Source of the DNA: Candidatus Omnitrophota bacterium
Lineage (GTDB): Bacteria > Omnitrophota > Gorgyraeia > B26-G9
Length of the DNA stretch: 64,000 nt
Direction: 5' to 3'
Assembly: GCA_043806135.1 (NCBI GenBank)
Contig: JAZDHG010000098.1
Span: 1,660 to 65,659, forward strand
Below are positions 41,172 to 49,772 of this stretch, one piece after another (position 1 is the first letter of the stretch; the number at the start of each line of letters is the position of its first letter). Both the position numbers and the translations under genes were made by a program. Under the pieces are notes generated by a model that did no database searches, was not told where the DNA came from, and was given only the letters and a program-made list of their open reading frames with translations.

Positions 41172-41591
41172 ATGGTTGACGCGCAAATATTGGTCGTAAA
41201 GCTTAAGGAATTAGAAAAATATATCGCTGAATTAGAAAAATTAAAAACAACTTCCCTTGAAACGCTGTCAAAGGATTTAAACAAAATATGGTCACTTGAA
41301 CATGGTTTGCAGTTATCGATTCAAATAATTATTGATATTGGCAATCATATTTTAGCTGATATGAAAGAAAGCAATATAGAAACTTATACTGATGTTATTG
41401 ATCTGTTAGGTGTGAAAAAAGTAATTCCCGTTGATTTCGCGAAACGTATACGCGCAATGGTTGGGCTTAGGAATATTCTTGTTCATGAATATGTAGAAGT
41501 GGATTTAAAACAGCTTTATTCAGTATTGCGGAATAATTTAGATGATTTTAAAGAATTCGTTAAATTAATTAGATGTTTTTTGAAGAAATAA
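41172..41591 (+). CDS. hepT: HEPN (DUF86) RNase toxin
   Basis: GLRNILVHEY (R-x4-H); 11 nt downstream of the MNT gene. Confidence 0.88.
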   Translation: MVDAQILVVKLKELEKYIAELEKLKTTSLETLSKDLNKIWSLEHGLQLSIQIIIDIGNHILADMKESNIETYTDVIDLLGVKKVIPVDFAKRIRAMVGLRNILVHEYVEVDLKQLYSVLRNNLDDFKEFVKLIRCFLKK

Positions 41592-41778
41592 TTGTTGCGT
41601 TAAATGTTAATTAAGTTTTTAGCTGTCCTATGAGCCATGAGCTAGAATCTGTCATCTTTTTTCCAACCTCCAAATTACAAACCAAGTTTCTTATTTCCCC
41701 TTGTGACCTTTTGACTTGTGTCTGATGACTTTATTTCTGTTTTTTCCACCATCCCCAAACCAACCACTTTTTCATTGC

Positions 41779-41950
41779 TTGCGACATGCAGCTTGCAGCT
41801 TCAGCCCAAATCGTTCAATTTTTCTCTAAACGCTAATCCCTAGGCTCTAAACGCTGTATTTACAATATGTTATGAGCTTGCAAAGCTTCTAATCCTATGG
41901 TATACTTTGCTGTAATTTTTACATACTTTTTAAAGGCCTTTAATATTAAA
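41779..41950 (+). repeat. Promoter-containing direct repeat, copy B (promoter of the 42006 ORF)
   Basis: TTGCAA (41878)-17 nt-TATACT (41901); near-identical to copy A. Confidence 0.9.
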
Positions 41951-42005
41951 TAATAAAATTATTTTACGAAAACGTGCAAACTCGATAACGTGAAAGGAAT
42001 ATGTC

Positions 42006-45000
42006 ATGAACAATTTACTTTCCAAATCCTGGTTTCGCTTTATTTCCATTATACTTATCCAGTCATTTTTAATATTAGATATTGCCTGGGCAGGAGGCAC
42101 AGAACTTAATCTTAAGAAAAATTCCGATACGCTTTCCGCCCCGGTTGAAATCTCCCAGCAGATGTTTAATACAAGTTTTGGGAAACTTTATGAGATGAAC
42201 GTTCCTAAGGCGGCTAAGAATTTATCTGTTGGAATAGAAGAAAAAAAATCAAAATGGTCATTATCACAAATATGGCAATCTTTTAAGAAAAGTTTAAAAA
42301 ATAATCTGAGTTTGTTGCATCAGGCTTTTTCAATGGACAAAAAATCTGATGATGACAATGATTTTACGTCAGGCCTTAGATCTATCTTAATCCTGGCAAT
42401 GCTAACCCCCGCTCTTATTGCTTTAAGCTCAAGTCTTGGCTGGACAGGAGATAAAAATTTAATAGAAAGTACAAATGGGCTTATTTCTTATATCCCATTT
42501 AAAGAAATAAAAGATAGCACATATGCTTTCTATTACAACCTTTCCATACAGGGGCAAGTGGTTTTGTTTTATACAATTCTGCCGGTAATGCTCGGTCTTG
42601 TTATTGCTGGAGTTAAGGGTGTATTCGATAGTATAAGTAATAGAAATATTAAAAAAGCTGATCGCTCAAAACTACAATCATTTATGATTCCTCTTATACT
42701 CTCTCCCGCACTTATTGCCTTAAGTTCCAGTCTTAGCTGGGCAGGGGAGGGCACATCAATAGATGGCTCAATAATAGGCGGGGTGTTGGGTACATTGGCC
42801 CTTGCTGTAGGTATCGGGGCGGTGAAGTTCAGGAAAAATATACGCCTTGGTTTAAAGAAGTCATCAAATAAAATTACAGATAAAACTGCCAATGTGTTGA
42901 CGCCAATTTTACAGAAAGTTGTGAAGTCAAAATATTTCTGGGCGGGTCTTGTTGGGCTTTCGGTTTTTGTGAATGGGGGGGGTGTTCCAATGAATGTTGC
43001 TGTAATAGCAACTGTGATATCAGTTTCAGCAGCAATTTCGATTTTGTTTACAACTAAAATATCCCGTTCAACTAAAAAATTACTTACTCTATTATTGTCA
43101 GTGGTTATTTTTACTATTATGGGGTGTTCTCTTCATGAAACTAAAGTTACGAGCAGAAGCTTAACCGAATATCAAAATGTTGGTGATAATAAAGATACAT
43201 TTTCAAAAATAAGTAAAGAAAAAATGAGCTTTAAACAATTGGTTGCTATTTTAGAAAACGAAAATGAGCAGGAAGAAAATAGAATTAAAGCAGCTTTAAT
43301 GTTAAGTGACTTTAAACATAAAAAATTAGAGGATATACTCATAAAACAATTATATGCAACTAAAAAAGTTGATATAAACTTTGAATCAGGGCGAGAAATT
43401 GGTTATATCCGTAGTTTTCATTATGATAAACTAGATGCTAATAAATTGCAAGCAACAGCTGCTTGGATATTGGGGGAAAGGAAGAGTGAAAAAGCTGTTG
43501 AGAACCTGATACTTTTATCTGAATCAGGAGATAACTATGATCATTATCCTAAATTGAATAACTATATTTCTGCTTACTGGCCTCAATATACGGATTTGAT
43601 TGATTCCCGCTTAAATCTTCAAATTAATAGTATTATTGCTTTGGGAAAGATAGGCAACAAAAAAGCAGAGAAGTATTTAAAAACAAGGATGCTAAATAAT
43701 AATAATTGGCAAGTAGATTACGCGGTGTTATCTGCGCTATCTGAATTGGGAGATGAGAAAGCAATATTTTATGAGAAAATTTTTCGAAGTGATATTAGTT
43801 TTGTAGATAGAATAAGCAATGTTGCTAAACAAATAATCCGTGAATACCAGGAAAAGGGATTAGAAAGTCGTGTTAGAGAATATCTGATCGAAGTTTTTGT
43901 GGCAAATTCTAAATGGATAAATAATAGCTTGTATTCTAATCTTCGCTATCAAATGACGGCAGGTGTCTTGCTAAAGTTTTTAGGCGGAGATGATGTTGAT
44001 AGAATCTTTGCTGAATTTTCGAATAACATAGGGTCGAGAAGTATTGGTTATGATTTAAAAGTATTCTATGATCGTCTATTATCAAAGCATGATGATTATT
44101 TCGTTGATTCTTTAGATGTAAGACAATTAATTGATAATTTAAGTTTTACAGATCGAGTAGTGCTATTAACTCGATTAGAGAAGTTATTTGCTCTTAATGA
44201 AGAAGTAAAGCGAACAAATCAATGGTTTCTATTACGAAGGAATGAAATGAAGCCTTCAATAAGGGATAGGGTGGGCAGAGAAATCCCAAAACTAAAAGAG
44301 TTTATTATTAAAGAAATTTCTTCTATTGATGGTTTCGAAGAAATTGTAAAAGAAATGTGCTTTCTTAGGGGGCAAGGTGCTCTTTTTAGAGAAATAAAAG
44401 AGAAACTAAAACAATTTGAATATAAAGATGATAATAGTTCAAAGGAAAGATCGAATATCAGCAAGATTATAATAGCAGTTTTAGCTTCTCCCGTTCTTGT
44501 TGCCTTAAACTCAGGTATTGGCTGGGCGGGGGACGGGGGGCAACAGACGGCAGCGGGATTTAGTAGCCTTTTGAATGGGCAAACGGCACTGGGGATTTTG
44601 TTGGCTGCAGCTGCGTTAATAAGTTTAGACTTTGTATTTTATCGTCACTTTTCAACTAAGATTAAACAATGGGTTTCAAATATTAAGAGCAAGCTAAAAG
44701 ATGATAATACTTCAAGTTATAAAGTAATATCCCCCTCTGAACATGGAAAAAGCAGGCTTTCTGAAAGTCGTGATGAGGCTCAGAAGATCATTTCGTTTTT
44801 AGCCCCACAGGATCAACTGCCTGAAAAAGTAAACGCACTACTGGCGTTTGGTAATGAAGATCTCGAGACGCCTATCCGGGCGGCCAAAGTATATTTTGAT
44901 ACAAAGCCTGAGGTTGTTGTTTTTGCCGGTGGTATTGGTCATTCTACACAAAATCTTTGGGAAATAGGCAGCGAATATTTAGGCGTAGATCTGGAAACAT

Positions 45001-47975
45001 TGAAAGGCTTAAGCGAGGCAGAAATTTTTGCCTGGATTTTTAAGGAAGAATTGAAAAAACTTGGCATGCCTGCCGAGGAAATAGGCAAAATAAAAATATT
45101 ATTGGATACAACCTCACGCAATTCTCAGGAAAATGCCAGAAACAGCTTAAAACTGCTTTATAATAACGGATTTCTAGCAGGCCAGATGAGTATTATTCTT
45201 ATGCAAAAGCCATTGCTGCAAATAAGAGCAGGCGCGAACTTAAGAAGAGAAATTAAGACCATGGAAACAGAGCTTGGGGAGAAATTTTCAATACAATGCT
45301 TTAATCATGCACCATATGTGCCGGATATAAGCTTGATGCAAGATGCAGAATTAGAAGAAATCACAAATGATGCCTTGGGTGAGATTGAAAGGCTGAAGAT
45401 GTACCCTGCTCTGCGTTTTAATTTCATTGATACAATTGAAATTCCAGAAAATGTAAACAAAGCGTATTATGAACTTAAAAAAAATCTTTACCCGGACCGA
45501 TCTATTGAATCTGAGGGAAAACTTGTTGCCGGGTTAATTAAGGAACAGGATAGAACAAGGACTGATATAGATAGGCCTATCCAGGTTGAGTCAGGAGAAT
45601 ATAAAGCAGGTTCGTCTTTTATTAACTTTGCGACTGAACGTTATCAGGGATCCTTATATTTGATTGAAGGAAGCGCTAATGCACAGATAAAAGGTGAAGA
45701 GGGAATTATTCAAACCATAGAATTGGGTAAAGGAGATATTATTAATCTGTTTGTTAACTCTGATATTGTTTTTACAGAGGATTCTAAATTTTATATTTTT
45801 AGGCAGACCGATGCTTCTCAAACTTCAGTAGATCATAAAGAAAAACTTGATGGTGAGGTAACCATTGATTCACGCAATGTTATCGAAAAAGATAGGAATA
45901 TAATTGCTGACGTTTACAGAGATGCGCGAGGTGACTTAATAGCTACTGTTCATAGAATTGATATGGCTTCGCCGGCAAAAATGGTGATGACTACGCCGCG
46001 CAGCGCTGCTATTGGTATTGGTGTAAAAACAGCTATTGGAGATGAAGCTGCTCATCGTCATGAATTAGACGGAAAAAGCAAGATAGAGATTGCACTTTGC
46101 CGAATGGGGTCTCTGACTGCCTATGTTGGGAATAAAGAGGGTAAAGATGTTAATGAAGTCGATGTTAAACAGAATGAGCTGTTAATTCTTTATCCAGACA
46201 GTACTCATGGATTTGAATTCAATAACGCTAAAATGGCAATTATTATCCAGGATCCCGGACGCGGGATTGACAAGGTTGATGCTAAACTTGAAAAAACAAC
46301 TGAAATAACGCTTGGTGCAGCGGAAAAACTTAAGACAGAGCCGGAATCGGTAATTACGGAAGCTATTAAACTTCAGGAACAGGATAAACAGGAAGAGGCA
46401 ATGGCTCTTATCCTTAACTCTTTGCTGGACAAGAACCTTAATCCAGCGGATTATGCGTCTTTTTACCAGGTTTTTGATAAAGAAAGCGGCGATTTTATCG
46501 GATATATGCTTGACGGCAAAGTATATATCAGAGGGGTAGGGTATGAATATAAAGAGTTACTTAATGGCGGGTATAATCCTCTTAAACATGTGCTTCGTGC
46601 CATTTCTGATTTATCTTTTGAAGAAATTATTTCGCTGCCATATGCAGGCAGCTCTTTTAACAAGAATGGGAGGTTGATCGGCACGGTTATTAAAGCAGAT
46701 GATTCGAGGGCACAGAACGGGCCGTATTTGTATACAGCCCAGGAAAATCCTTTAAGAGTCAGGAGTTTTCACGCCGCAAAAGGAACAAAAAGCGAAAAGT
46801 ATCTGCTATCGCCGGTCTCTGAACCTAATCCGTTTGGCAACAGGCCGAGACAGGAAGTATGGCATGTGTTAAAGGGAAAAATCAGGTGTGTGTTCTATAC
46901 CAAAGACAATGAGTATATAGGCGAACAGGTCATGTCTAAAGGCGACACTGCTTTGTTTTCAGAAGCTCATCAGGTGTTTTTTGAAGAAGATTCTATAGTC
47001 CTTGAAATAAGGCAAGGCCCGTGCTCTGCTGATGAGTCGGATAGGCAGATTCTGGATGATGTTGATAATGCTGTTTCAGGATATATAGAAAATGCCGCAG
47101 ACCTTTCGTTCACCGCATTCAAAAAGGAAAACAGGTTAGTTGGAGCAGTAGTCAAAGCAAATCATGTGCCTTTTGACAAGCTGCAAAAATTCTCCGCAAT
47201 GCCTGATCCTATCCAATTTAACAGCTTTTACAAGGATAAAGGCATGAGGGGAACAAAACTTTATCACCCTCCTGTACAGGGTGAAAGTCCCTTCAAGGAC
47301 CAGCCGAGACAGGAAGTGTTATTTATCCTCAAAGGTAAGGTAAGGGTTAAATTTTCTACTGTGGAAAATATCGATGTGGCAGAGGAAATATTAGAGGCCG
47401 GGGATGCTGTTTTGTTTACAGAGGGACATGTGGTTGAGTTCCTGGAAGATACGGTTTTTTTAGAAGCTAAACAAGGACCGTATCCGTCTTCAGGCAATAA
47501 AGATGATGATCAGATTGTATTAAATGAAAACATTGCTCCGGAAAATACAAAATTCGGAAAGCTGGGAATTAATTTTGAACATATTACAAAAACAGCACAA
47601 CTTAACCCTGAGCTGCCGCTTTTTGACTTGATTCTTCAAGATAGTAATTCTCTGGATCCAACCCTGAAGGGAAAAGTTGACCAGTTACAACAGATGGCAA
47701 CAGCGTTCTTTATTAAAGGGGAATTTGATAAAGTAATAGAAACTATTCAAGAAATAATCAAGATATATCCAAATAGTTTTGAAGTGATGCGGCTAATAAT
47801 GGACGGAGTGAAAGAACATAAAGCATTAGCTTCACGCGAACCTGAGATGAAGCTTTTTATTGAATCTAAAGGGACTGTTCTTGAACTGACCGGGGATGAA
47901 ATGCCGTTAAAAGATGCTGTAGGAGCCATTGAAGCAGGTATGAGAGCCGGACAGTTTTTGATGCAGGCGATATAA
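42006..47975 (+). CDS. 1989-aa AI-tail family protein: multiple TM/internal signal-like repeats, HEAT repeats, DUF218/YdcF-like domain, cupin domains
   Basis: Leader FRFISIILIQSFLILDIAWAGG..DTLSAP; HEAT (AAWILGE, IIALGKIG); DUF218 (GGIGHST, SEAEIF, SRNSQENA); duplicated cupin RQEVxxxLKGK..(R/K)QGP; ends FLMQAI. Confidence 0.9.
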   Translation: MNNLLSKSWFRFISIILIQSFLILDIAWAGGTELNLKKNSDTLSAPVEISQQMFNTSFGKLYEMNVPKAAKNLSVGIEEKKSKWSLSQIWQSFKKSLKNNLSLLHQAFSMDKKSDDDNDFTSGLRSILILAMLTPALIALSSSLGWTGDKNLIESTNGLISYIPFKEIKDSTYAFYYNLSIQGQVVLFYTILPVMLGLVIAGVKGVFDSISNRNIKKADRSKLQSFMIPLILSPALIALSSSLSWAGEGTSIDGSIIGGVLGTLALAVGIGAVKFRKNIRLGLKKSSNKITDKTANVLTPILQKVVKSKYFWAGLVGLSVFVNGGGVPMNVAVIATVISVSAAISILFTTKISRSTKKLLTLLLSVVIFTIMGCSLHETKVTSRSLTEYQNVGDNKDTFSKISKEKMSFKQLVAILENENEQEENRIKAALMLSDFKHKKLEDILIKQLYATKKVDINFESGREIGYIRSFHYDKLDANKLQATAAWILGERKSEKAVENLILLSESGDNYDHYPKLNNYISAYWPQYTDLIDSRLNLQINSIIALGKIGNKKAEKYLKTRMLNNNNWQVDYAVLSALSELGDEKAIFYEKIFRSDISFVDRISNVAKQIIREYQEKGLESRVREYLIEVFVANSKWINNSLYSNLRYQMTAGVLLKFLGGDDVDRIFAEFSNNIGSRSIGYDLKVFYDRLLSKHDDYFVDSLDVRQLIDNLSFTDRVVLLTRLEKLFALNEEVKRTNQWFLLRRNEMKPSIRDRVGREIPKLKEFIIKEISSIDGFEEIVKEMCFLRGQGALFREIKEKLKQFEYKDDNSSKERSNISKIIIAVLASPVLVALNSGIGWAGDGGQQTAAGFSSLLNGQTALGILLAAAALISLDFVFYRHFSTKIKQWVSNIKSKLKDDNTSSYKVISPSEHGKSRLSESRDEAQKIISFLAPQDQLPEKVNALLAFGNEDLETPIRAAKVYFDTKPEVVVFAGGIGHSTQNLWEIGSEYLGVDLETLKGLSEAEIFAWIFKEELKKLGMPAEEIGKIKILLDTTSRNSQENARNSLKLLYNNGFLAGQMSIILMQKPLLQIRAGANLRREIKTMETELGEKFSIQCFNHAPYVPDISLMQDAELEEITNDALGEIERLKMYPALRFNFIDTIEIPENVNKAYYELKKNLYPDRSIESEGKLVAGLIKEQDRTRTDIDRPIQVESGEYKAGSSFINFATERYQGSLYLIEGSANAQIKGEEGIIQTIELGKGDIINLFVNSDIVFTEDSKFYIFRQTDASQTSVDHKEKLDGEVTIDSRNVIEKDRNIIADVYRDARGDLIATVHRIDMASPAKMVMTTPRSAAIGIGVKTAIGDEAAHRHELDGKSKIEIALCRMGSLTAYVGNKEGKDVNEVDVKQNELLILYPDSTHGFEFNNAKMAIIIQDPGRGIDKVDAKLEKTTEITLGAAEKLKTEPESVITEAIKLQEQDKQEEAMALILNSLLDKNLNPADYASFYQVFDKESGDFIGYMLDGKVYIRGVGYEYKELLNGGYNPLKHVLRAISDLSFEEIISLPYAGSSFNKNGRLIGTVIKADDSRAQNGPYLYTAQENPLRVRSFHAAKGTKSEKYLLSPVSEPNPFGNRPRQEVWHVLKGKIRCVFYTKDNEYIGEQVMSKGDTALFSEAHQVFFEEDSIVLEIRQGPCSADESDRQILDDVDNAVSGYIENAADLSFTAFKKENRLVGAVVKANHVPFDKLQKFSAMPDPIQFNSFYKDKGMRGTKLYHPPVQGESPFKDQPRQEVLFILKGKVRVKFSTVENIDVAEEILEAGDAVLFTEGHVVEFLEDTVFLEAKQGPYPSSGNKDDDQIVLNENIAPENTKFGKLGINFEHITKTAQLNPELPLFDLILQDSNSLDPTLKGKVDQLQQMATAFFIKGEFDKVIETIQEIIKIYPNSFEVMRLIMDGVKEHKALASREPEMKLFIESKGTVLELTGDEMPLKDAVGAIEAGMRAGQFLMQAI

Positions 47976-48150
47976 AGACACAGATTGACACAGATAGACA
48001 AAAACCGTGCAGATGAACACTGATAACTACTGAGGGATGAGGGACGCAATAAAAATTATTAGCTATGAACGACTAGTTATGAGTTATTAGTTACGAATTA
48101 TAAGTTATTTGTATTATTTGGGAGATATGTTTACAATGAAAGATGTTATC

Positions 48151-48290
48151 AGTTGGTGGCTGAAAAAACTATTTTTACTCATTCTCGACAGACATCCATG
48201 TCTGTCTGCGAGGGCAAAACCTGCTTTTACACATCCATGTATCAGCAGTCTTTGAATCCGCAAAAATAGTTATTTCCATCCAAATACTGT
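48151..48290. repeat. Structured intergenic element with two ACATCCATGT-capped hairpins (MITE/REP-like)
   Basis: GACAGACAT-CC-ATGTCTGTC perfect stem; second ACATCCATGT at 48231; enclosed by AACTATTTTT/AAAAATAGTT. Confidence 0.6.
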
Positions 48291-48470
48291 CAACACCAAG
48301 TTACAATAATACAAGTTATTTGTGAAAAATAAAAGCAAAGGAAGAGCTGGTCAATAGTCCATAGTCGATGGTTAATGGGAAAAGAAGTTTCCTGTTACCG
48401 GTTGCCGGTTATGCTGCGGAAAAGAATAGAGTCTAAAAGTGAAAAATAGTTGGAAAACACAAGGGAATAA

Positions 48471-49343
48471 ATGGAAAAAAATTTGATTTTAAAGACGATA
48501 TTGATTTTGCTGATGAATAGTTTTTTATTGCTTGATATCGCTTGGGCAGGGGGTGTTAATTTGTCTGTGTCTGAAAATTCGGATACCCTTGCTGCCCCTA
48601 TACAGATAAATAAAACTTCATTTTTCAATACAGCCTATACCATCAATGTAAAACCCCAAATACTTACGAGTGAAAAAGGAGAGATGCCTGCTGAACTTGC
48701 CAAATTGCTTCCCAGAAGGAAGGTGGATAGATGGGTTTGGAATGATGAATTAAATATGTATATAGGTATTTATGCTAAAGACAATACGGAAGAAAAAAAG
48801 AAGAATTTGGAATTGTCCGGCCCAGAAGAACAAACATCTGCTCAACTAATTGAAAAACGCCGTATTCCTATATTTGAATCAAAAAGGGATGTAATTCTTT
48901 GCATAGGATTATTGGCGACGTTTTATGTCGCGGTTATGGTCCCGCTGATAGCGGGGGTTTGGAATCGTGTCTATGACATCTTCCCGAGAATGTTTATGTC
49001 GTATTCCATATGTATGGGTGGGGCTATTGCCATAGCTGCTATAGTTTCTGCGTTAATAATCCCTAATTTACTGCCTTGGCAAAAAATCGGGTTGGCTTTA
49101 AGTGAAATATTTAAATCTTCATCTACAGAGCCAGAACCGATAGTTAGCAACAAAAAAGATCAGTATTTGCTGAATAGTCAGAATTTAGACAGCTTGCCGG
49201 GAAATCTATATCAAGAGCCTGTACAGGCTGGAAAAACACCTGAGCCTATAGCCTTTAGCGAAGCGGTGAAAAGCCTTGATAAGGGGTTGTTAGAGAATAA
49301 CCTTCTTTTATTTAATCTTAAACTTATTGCTGCTTCTTTATAA
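48471..49343 (+). CDS. Small leader-family membrane protein (2 TM)
   Basis: LMNSFLLLDIAWAGGVNLSVSENSDTLAAP is nearly the same leader as the 42006 ORF; ends LIAASL. Confidence 0.8.
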   Translation: MEKNLILKTILILLMNSFLLLDIAWAGGVNLSVSENSDTLAAPIQINKTSFFNTAYTINVKPQILTSEKGEMPAELAKLLPRRKVDRWVWNDELNMYIGIYAKDNTEEKKKNLELSGPEEQTSAQLIEKRRIPIFESKRDVILCIGLLATFYVAVMVPLIAGVWNRVYDIFPRMFMSYSICMGGAIAIAAIVSALIIPNLLPWQKIGLALSEIFKSSSTEPEPIVSNKKDQYLLNSQNLDSLPGNLYQEPVQAGKTPEPIAFSEAVKSLDKGLLENNLLLFNLKLIAASL

Positions 49344-49465
49344 AAAATAAAAGAGTATGTATTAAAGCGATAGTTAATTTATTGATAGCCGATGGAATAC
49401 CAGCCTATATAATAAGGAAACAAATATAGAAAATTAATGCTGGATCATGCTTTTGGGGATTAATC

Positions 49466-49494
49466 TTGACATATATTCTTATTTATGTTATAAA
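49466..49494 (+). promoter_or_regulatory. Sigma70 promoter upstream of the glycan cluster
   Basis: TTGACA-17 nt-TATAAA with TG extension. Confidence 0.65.
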
Positions 49495-49650
49495 ATTAAC
49501 TTCTATAGATATCGGAAAGAGACTAGATCTTAACTACTTTTAATTAGGTTTTAACACTTTTAAAGAGGATGTTACTATTAAAATGACTGGTATTTGCGCC
49601 TGTTTTGGGCGCTTAACATATAGAATAATCGGGAAAAATTGGATAATATG

Positions 49651-49677
49651 CCCATACCTTATGGTATGGGTTTTTTT
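49651..49677 (+). terminator. Intrinsic terminator in the MFS leader
   Basis: CCCATACC-TTAT-GGTATGGG followed by T7. Confidence 0.8.
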
Positions 49678-49772
49678 GTCTGTATAAACAGGACTTGATC
49701 AGACTTGTAGGGTTTAGTGATGCAGGGAAGAAGATAGCAGCTATCTACAAAAAAACTAGGAAGGAGCTCTAA

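Noticed and set aside
49566-49590. GGATGTTACT resembling a BglG/SacY RAT antiterminator site
   Set aside because: The 3' half of the RAT consensus is missing and the site does not overlap the terminator.
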